From contig NC_068991.1 of the NCBI RefSeq assembly GCF_001194135.2, forward strand, positions 80,631,277 through 80,675,144: a stretch of 43,868 nt of DNA. Reading direction: 5' to 3'. Origin of the DNA: Octopus bimaculoides (taxonomy: Eukaryota). Positions 36,857-43,868 of this stretch are shown in pieces. A program made the translations under genes and the position numbers. The notes beneath the pieces were generated by a model, which had not been told where the DNA came from, ran no database searches, and was given only the letters and a program-made list of their open reading frames with translations. Positions within the stretch are counted from its first letter, which is position 1, and the number at the start of each line of letters is the position of its first letter.

Positions 36857-38516
36857 GTATTCATGATATTTTGATATCATTCATTGATAAACGTCCGTGA
36901 GTCCATAGACATCATTCCTGTTTTACTTAACTTTCCAATTTCTTTTCAACTTTCCAATTATTTACACTTTGGTGGCAAATTGGCAGAATCATCAAAGTCT
37001 TGGATAAGATGCCTCACAGTATTTGTTTCAAATCTCTTGGTTCTGAGTTCAAATCCCACCTAGACTGACTTTGTTTTCCAGTTTTCAGGGGTCAATGAGA
37101 TGAGCCGGTAGAATCATCCACGTGCCTGGCAAATTGCTTGGCTTCCCATTCAGAGTTCAAATTCCGCTGAGATCGAATTTGCCTTTCATCCTTTTGGGAT
37201 CAATAAAACAAGTATTACTCAACTACTGGGGTCGAGGTAATTGATTTCCCCTCCCCTTAAAAGCTGTTGACCAAAATTTGAAAACCATTTTTCAAGGGTC
37301 AAGTACCTATCCAGGGCACTGGATTAGCAAAACTGTAACAATGTCATACCAGACATCTTGTGATATTTGCTCCAGTTCTTTGCATTCCGTGTTCAAATAG
37401 CCCCATGACCGATATAAATATTAGTCATAAGAATATGTTGCCTGGTTTCATAGCATCACCTGATCTTTGGGTATCTTTAGCTGAATCCATCATGTTGCAA
37501 GCATTAGGGTTGCAAGCCCCTGGCTTGAGGATACCTCCCTCCCTCCACCAGTCCCAGAGGTTCTGAAAAACAGTTATGGCTATTGCCTTCTCTCCAGACC
37601 AAAAGGATATAAAAAAATAATTTTGAACAATTTACTCTCCAATCGTCATGAAGTGTTTTATTCCTAATTATATAATTATACAAAACTGGATTTTAATTAG
37701 TTTCTTTTATTTCCAAATTAAAGTTAATAAACAGACGATACTACATGTGTTAGTGTGTCATGGATAAGAATGTTATTATTAGTTTCAAAACAGAGGTTCC
37801 TAGTTCAAATCACTGTTGGATCAGATGGAATATGATCTGCTACAACTAATCATGTAAACTAGTACTACCTGTTTCATGATCAGTCTGACCCTGGGTATGT
37901 TGAGGGTGGATAGACACTGGGACAAGACAAAAAAATTACCTGCTTACAAGAGTAGATTAATTCCACATGGAGCCAATGGGATTTCACAAAACCTACAAAA
38001 GGAGTGGGACTTCATTAAAGCTTCTGAAATTGGCATTGCTGACTGTTTTGGCAAATGCTGCATCTGGTCACCTCTCTCTCTCTCTCTAACAAAAGGAGAT
38101 GCAGTTGAGAGAAGACCTTTGATAAGCATGAAGATCATCTCTGGAGGCTGAAGTCGGTCCCAGCTAAGATTATCATCATCTCATCGTTTGAAATATTTCT
38201 AAAAACACATGCAGACCATTACAGTTTGAATCCAGTTTGACAAGCATTTTTGCAAATTAGACAATTTTGATCAAATGTAAATATTGTAAAGAATATCAGT
38301 AAACAAAATATTTACTGAATTGTTGACTGACTTCTATATGAGAAAAAGCATTGTTGCCTTAGCTTCTAATGTCCAGGGTATTTTTCACTGGAAACACTGA
38401 ATCATGCCAAAACATTGGGTCTTGCAATCCACCAGCATTCTGAGTGAAACCCTGTATTTTTAGCACTTAAGACTCTTGGAGAAGTTTCTCTGAGATGATA
38501 TATATTTCTACAAGAG

Positions 38517-38562
<46 letters not shown>

Positions 38563-38567
<5 letters not shown>

Positions 38568-38900
38568 AGGGAAAAGCACCACTGATGCCATATTTCTAGT
38601 GAGACAGCTGCAGGAGAAATACCTAGCTCAAGATAAACCTCTGTACCAGGCTTTCATTGACATGGAGAAAACCTTTGACAGGGTCCCCCGATCCCTTATC
38701 TGGTGGTCAATGAGGAAACTAGGGATAGATGAATGGTTAGTGAGAGCTGTGCGAGCCATGTACAGGGACGCTGTCAGTAAGGTGAGGGCTGGAAACGAGT
38801 ACAGTGAAGAATTACAGGTAGAGGTAGGGGTCCACCAAGGTTCAGTCCTCAGCCCCTTCCTATTTATCATAGTCTTCCAGGCAATAACACAGGAATTTGG
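38563..38900 (+). mobile_element. RTE-clade reverse transcriptase fragment
   Basis: Open frame PGKSTTDAIFLVRQLQEKY...AFIDMEKTFDRVPR...EVGVHQGSVLSPFLF, i.e. RT core motifs. Truncated at both ends and starts directly at a (TA)n tract. Confidence 0.93.
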
Positions 38901-38989
38901 TCAAGAACTGAGCCTTGGTTTATAAAAGATTTTTTTTTTTTGCGCTAACTGGTGACCTTGAGTAGGTTTATCTTTTCTCCTGTGGGAAA

Positions 38990-39370
38990 CAAGCTCTGCT
39001 TTGCTATGTGTTATCAATCCACAGTCACCACAAACAAAATCATTTGAAGAAGGTTATTGTTGGTTTTATCTGCTTAAGATTTACACAATTCTGATCATGA
39101 TGCTTCTAGCTCCTCGCTTGGAACCATTTTATACCAGTGAAACATGTTGTTCTCCATTTGTTCTGCTTTTCAGCAAGATCTTCCCGAGAGTCAAGGTCAA
39201 TATTACCACACTTGAAGTCATTTTAAAGATTATCCTTGTTATGTAAAGGGGACAACCTAAAGAGTGTTTGTTGTTGCAAAGCTGACCATAGAACAACTGT
39301 TTGTGGAGTCTATGGTCTTTCAATTGAGCCAAATGTCCCCCTGTCCATCTCAACTTCCTTAGGAACGCTT
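38990..39370 (-). mobile_element. Second RTE-family (BovB-like) C-terminal fragment
   Basis: LRWTGGHLAQLKDHRLHKQLFYGQL, then DLAEKQNKWRTTCFTG, like RTE LRWxGHVxRMxDxRLPKQLFYGEL...LAxDRxxWRxxC. Confidence 0.75.
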
Positions 39371-39693
39371 TGATACCAGTAATGAATTGGCTGAAAAATT
39401 GTTAGTCCAGTTAAGACAATAAAACACAGCAACAAGAGACTACCTTTATATTGTTCAATGTAAATTCCTTGATAGACACCTTCTACTAATCAAAGAAGCT
39501 GCCAACAAATGGTGGGGAAGCATTCATTAACCTGAGAGCACAAGGAAGAAGGAATATTATTTCAATTTCCTCAATGCACATTAATATGTTTCTAGGTATT
39601 GTTTAAATTTGTCATGTATTAGATAATTTACAACGAATTTACCTGATGATAAATTATGTCTATTAATTTGGTGATTAACCATTTCCATTCCAG

Positions 39694-39737
39694 AATACAT
39701 TAGGTGTACTTGCTGATACTTTAGAAAAAGTGAACAG
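39694..39737 (+). CDS. GRAMD4: GRAMD4-like, coding exon 11
   Basis: ccattccag|...|gttagt, phase 0 to 2. NTLGVLADTLEKVN; compare human NLFGKMADILEKIK. Confidence 0.9.
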
Positions 39738-39879
39738 GTTAGTCTCAGACTTTCGCTTTACCTTTTCATTTCTTTCTTAATAAAGATTCTTTCTGATTAT
39801 TTCTTTCAGCATTGTTGTCCAATCAAACACTTCATTATGGTTTGCTCATTTCTAAAAAACATTGACCTGTATATATTGA

Positions 39880-39918
<39 letters not shown>

Positions 39919-39919
39919 T

Positions 39920-39962
<43 letters not shown>

Positions 39963-39995
39963 TCTCTTCTCTTCCTGACAAAGAGTCATGCTTGT

Positions 39996-40161
39996 AAAGT
40001 TCCTGGCTTTGGGCAAAAGGAAATTTTATCTAATATATTCCCCTCTCAAATTCACACACTTATTGCAACGGTCCTTAAGTTTTTCTAATCCCTTTAAAAG
40101 AACTCGGAAGGTTGGGCCTCCAACCAGGCCCTCATGCAACACCCTTAAAGCCAGGAACTTT
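39996..40161 (-). mobile_element. Mariner-derived MITE
   Basis: Perfect 15-bp inverted repeat aaagttcctggcttt (39996-40010) / aaagccaggaacttt (40147-40161). The minus strand keeps a mariner C-terminus, GLEKLKDRCNKCVNLRGEYI. Confidence 0.85.
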
Positions 40162-41090
40162 TCAGCCCCACCCCCCATCCCCCGTATGTACACACCTATA
40201 TATAGATATATAGTTAGATAGATTAATACATATACATACACACACACATATGCACATGTACACACACACACTCACACACATGTTCATATGTATATGTCAG
40301 GCAGGTGGGAAGGTAGACAGGTAGGCAGTCATGCATGCAGGTGTGGCTGTGTGGTTAAGAAGTTTGCTTCCCAACCACACGGTTTCAGTTTCCATCTTAT
40401 TACACAGCAGCTTGGGTAAATGTCTTCTATAATCTAGAGTTGAGAAATGCATTGTAGCTGAGATTTAGCAGTCAGAAACTGTGCTGAAGCTCATAGTGTA
40501 TAAATGTATTCTCTGGTTCAGAAATCTGACCAATTTCTACCTAAGAATGACATCCAGTCAGCCAAATGTGTTACCATTTATCTCTCAAAGACTTAAATTT
40601 ATTTCGGTTTTTGGACAACAGTGAGGAAGAAAAGCAATGCTTTGTGTTCAAATGCTATTTTGGGAGTCAAGTGGAGTTTGGTTTAGCCATTTGTCTTTCT
40701 AAGAGATCAATAGAATAAGGGGAAGTATTGAGGAGTAGCAGTGGTGGTGGCGGTGGGGTGATAAAAAAAAAAAAAACAACTACCCCACCCCCACAAAAAT
40801 GGCCTTATGATTATGTAAGAAATAACAACAACAATAGTCATGACTGTAATGGTGGCGTTGGTGGTGATGGTGTAAGTAATTGGTAGTGATAGTGGTGGCA
40901 GGGACGATGGCAACGGTAGTTGTAGTAGTGGTGGTGGTGGTGGTCAGCGAGCCGGCAGAGCTGTTGGCATATGACAGAGAAAATGCTTGACTGCATTTCG
41001 TCCATTTTTACATTCTGAGTTGGAATTCTGCTGCGGTTGGTTTTACTGTTCCTCCTTTCATGAGGGACAAAATAAGGGCCACTTCAGCCC

Positions 41091-41152
41091 NNNNNNNNNN
41101 NNNNNNNNNNNNNNNNNNNNNNNNNNNNNNNNNNNNNNNNNNNNNNNNNNNN
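41091..41152. other. Assembly gap (62 N)
   Basis: Run of N inside a SINE copy. Confidence 1.
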
Positions 41153-41196
41153 TCCCCTTCCCCAGATTTCAACCCTTGTGCCTATATGTAGAAAGG

Positions 41197-41234
<38 letters not shown>

Positions 41235-41270
41235 GGTTCTTATCATTACTACTACTATTGCTACAACTAT

Positions 41271-41311
<41 letters not shown>

Positions 41312-41747
41312 TTTTGATATTTGCAAAGAAAAGGCAAGTCTTACATAGTTCAATGAGGCTCTCAACTTGTAAAGAATAAGTAGAAATCAATCAGATATTG
41401 ATCAGGAAGTAGTTTCAGCTATTAAAAGGTTATTTTGAATATCACCCAAAAAAAACCAGTCATGTCCTGGCTAGTCTTAATACAGACGACTGAAAAATAT
41501 GGAAGCACGGCAAGATATTTTCTTTCCTCTTAGAAATATGGAAGTACAACAAATACGTTTTTTTCTATCAAATTCTCATGTTTTTGTTCTTTTTTTCTTT
41601 GTTACATTCAAATAGAATTGTTCAAAATATTTATATATATATTTTCTGCTAATTTATATACTTTTTTAATTAAGTATTTATATAATATATATATATTTGC
41701 ATACGTGCACACACACACACACACAAAATACATGTGTGTGTGTGTGT

Positions 41748-41780
<33 letters not shown>

Positions 41781-42109
41781 CTAGACCGGGGAAATCTGAG
41801 TTTCCCAGCAATGGAGTTTTGTTTCACAGGGATTTTTTTCTTTTCCATGTTATTTTGCATGTTTTCAATAAATGTGACATCAATATCATGCATAAACAGC
41901 TCCTTTCCCCAGAAAAGAAAGATTTGGTTGCTATTTCTTGTATACCCTACTACCATGTAATAGATATTTCAAGTCCTTTATTGCAAATCGCTGTTACGCC
42001 TTGGCAGGGTGTGCTAGAAATAGCAGCCAAATCTTTGGAGATGCGATACATTGAATGCACTCAAAAGAAACCTGTGGGTAAAAACTATTTCACACAGAGG
42101 TTAAAATAT

Positions 42110-42660
42110 TTACCTTATTTTTAAAATTTTCACTTAAAGATATTTTGCTCATCATGTGTCTAATAAAAGGTTAGAGTTTCTTCCCTTTCGAAGTTAAGTT
42201 ATTTTCGGAGTATTTACCTTGAGGAAGAGATGAAAGTTGGCCGGTACTAAATCTGGTGAAAAGGGTGGCTGTGGAAGGGATACCATGTTGTTTTTAGCAT
42301 TAAACTCATAAGAGAGCTTGGTGACAGAGTGCATTGCCATCATAAAGAATCCAATTCTTCATGCTCAACAGTTCCAGTCATTTTTGCTGAATATCTTCAC
42401 CCAAATGCTTCAAAATATCGCAGTCGAACTCTTGACTGATGGTCTGATCCTGAGGTCAAATTCTCAATGCACAGTACTACATTTCTGGGGATGATGCTTG
42501 TGGCAGGTCTTTCAGATTGCTCATCATCTTCTAGGGGCATTCTCCCACTTTTGAAGTGACTATGACACTCAAAACATTGTGTACAACCCATTGCCTCATT
42601 GCTGTAAGCTTGCTCAATGTTTCTGTAGCAGACTTCTGAAGTTTAACATAAAATTGTTAC
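42110..42660 (-). pseudogene. Internally deleted mariner transposase
   Basis: N-terminal TETLSKL...CFECHSHFKSGRMPLEDDEQSERPATS is fused to the late catalytic region (WILYDGNALCHQ...VSLPQPPFSPDLVPANFHLF, YSPDLAP-like). Confidence 0.88.
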
Positions 42661-42661
42661 C

Positions 42662-42729
42662 ATAGCCTCGGGCCGACCAAAGCCTTGTGAGTGGATTTGG
42701 TAGACAGAAACTGAAAGAAGCCTGTCGTA

Positions 42730-42796
<67 letters not shown>

Positions 42797-43011
42797 GTGT
42801 TTGTGTGTCTGTGTTTGTCCCCCCAACATCGCCTGACAACCAATGCTTGTGTGTTTATGTCCCCGTAACTTAGCGGTTCGGCAAAAGAGACCGATAGAAT
42901 AAGTACTAGGCTTCCAAAGAATAAGTCCTGGGGTCGATTTGCTTGACTAAAGGCGGTGCTCCAGCATGGCCACAGTCAAATGACTGAAACAAGTAAAAGA
43001 GTAAAAGAGTA
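42662..43011 (+). mobile_element. Young, 5'-truncated SINE family A copy
   Basis: CpG-rich body with an internal (TA)/(TG)n spacer; ends gaaacaagtaaaagagtaaaagagta. Confidence 0.85.
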
Positions 43012-43360
43012 TGCCAGAGAAAATGCTTTGTGGCATTTCTTCCAACTTTACATTCCAAGTTCAAATACAGCTGGGGTCAATTTTGCCTTTCATTTTTGGG
43101 GGATTCATAGAATAAGTACCAGGGTGGGGATCGATGTAATTGACTTATCTCCACCCTAAAATTGCTGGCCTTGTACCAAAATTTGAAATCATCATTATTA
43201 GTAGTAGTAGTAGTCGTAGTAACAGCAGCTGATATCCCCCTCCCCCAAATTTCAGGCTTTGTGCCTTTACTAAAAAGGATTATTATTTATTTATTTATTT
43301 TTTTTTTTTTTCCTCCTCTTATTACTAACATCATCCTATATATTTCTTTCTATTAACCAG

Positions 43361-43470
43361 TCTCCTGACGTGGCGCTATCCACCTGCTACAAAACAACTC
43401 TACGTTACCGTTTGTCTTGCCTTCCTAGTTTCATGTCTCTTCCAAGCATCCGCGATATTCTATGTAGCAG
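43361..43470 (+). CDS. GRAMD4: GRAMD4-like, coding exon 12 (gene continues beyond the window)
   Basis: attaaccag|...|gtaaga, phase 2 to 1. SLLTWRYPPATKQLYVTVCLAFLVSCLFQASAIFYVA; compare human NLFMWVQPEITQKLYVALWAAFLASCFF. Confidence 0.92.
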
Positions 43471-43868
43471 GTAAGACTCTGTCTTCACACACAGAGGCAG
43501 TTTATTCTTTCAGCTCTGAGACTTTCAAAAATTACAGGCTTTCATTGTCTATACATTGCCAATGTTTATTCAAAATATTTAAAATCATTATCATCATCAT
43601 TTTCTTCTTCATCATCTCCTCCTCCTCCTTTTTTCTTCTTCTTTTTCTTCTTCTTCTTCTTCTTCTTCTTATTATTATTATTATCAAAATTAAAAGAAGA
43701 GTGCCATTTGCTATCTTGTGAACAATATTTCGACATCTCGCGTGTCTTCCACTGGTTCAAAAAATAAATTTGTCAATCTACTTCAAGATAGCAAATGGTA
43801 CTCTTCTTTTAATTTTGACTCTATATCTTCAGGAGGAGTTACCTCAATCCTTTCTATATTAACCAAGA

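Noticed and set aside
5918-43270. tRNA-like A/B boxes as tRNA genes
   Set aside because: They are degenerate SINE heads with no complete cloverleaf.
23318-43470. Alternative identity as an MCTP (similar membrane region)
   Set aside because: The N-terminal exons encode a coiled coil with no C2 domains, and the motifs match remembered GRAMD4 co-linearly.
3816-43760. Dozens of [12 protein letters not shown] and LSLS ORFs in the track
   Set aside because: They are dinucleotide microsatellite translations.
1-43868. CRISPR arrays or prokaryotic operon-type systems
   Set aside because: This is a spliced eukaryotic locus with no regularly spaced repeat-spacer arrays.

Overview
Eukaryotic, AT-rich, microsatellite- and retroposon-dense genomic DNA. 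The repeat landscape looks like an octopod cephalopod genome (inference). The window holds the 5' two-thirds of one spliced + strand gene, a GRAMD4 (GRAM-domain protein 4 / DIP) homologue. I assembled 12 coding exons by hand (2711-43470; 1336 nt, about 445 aa). All have GT-AG boundaries and consistent phases. The C-terminal GRAM domain must lie beyond the window. Almost all ORFs in the supplied track are microsatellite or antisense artefacts. The introns contain tRNA-headed SINEs, RTE LINE fragments and solo RTE-type 3' tails, mariner relics and a mariner MITE, TTAA-CCC piggyBac-like MITEs, and two assembly gaps. I cannot confirm a wholly new system. The best lead is two long intronic fold-backs (about 3040-3545 and 21123-21802) that look like inverted Penelope-like (PLE) pseudo-LTR pairs carrying minimal hammerhead-ribozyme-like cores; the second encloses a PLE-type C-terminal peptide. 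Other leads are a compact three-way-junction RNA (34067-34120), an in-frame alternative acceptor that would swap a membrane segment (35649), a 26-nt frameshifting microexon, uORFs, and abundant dsRNA-forming repeats. Protein and repeat family identities come from remembered sequences and motifs, not database searches. Repeat boundaries are approximate.
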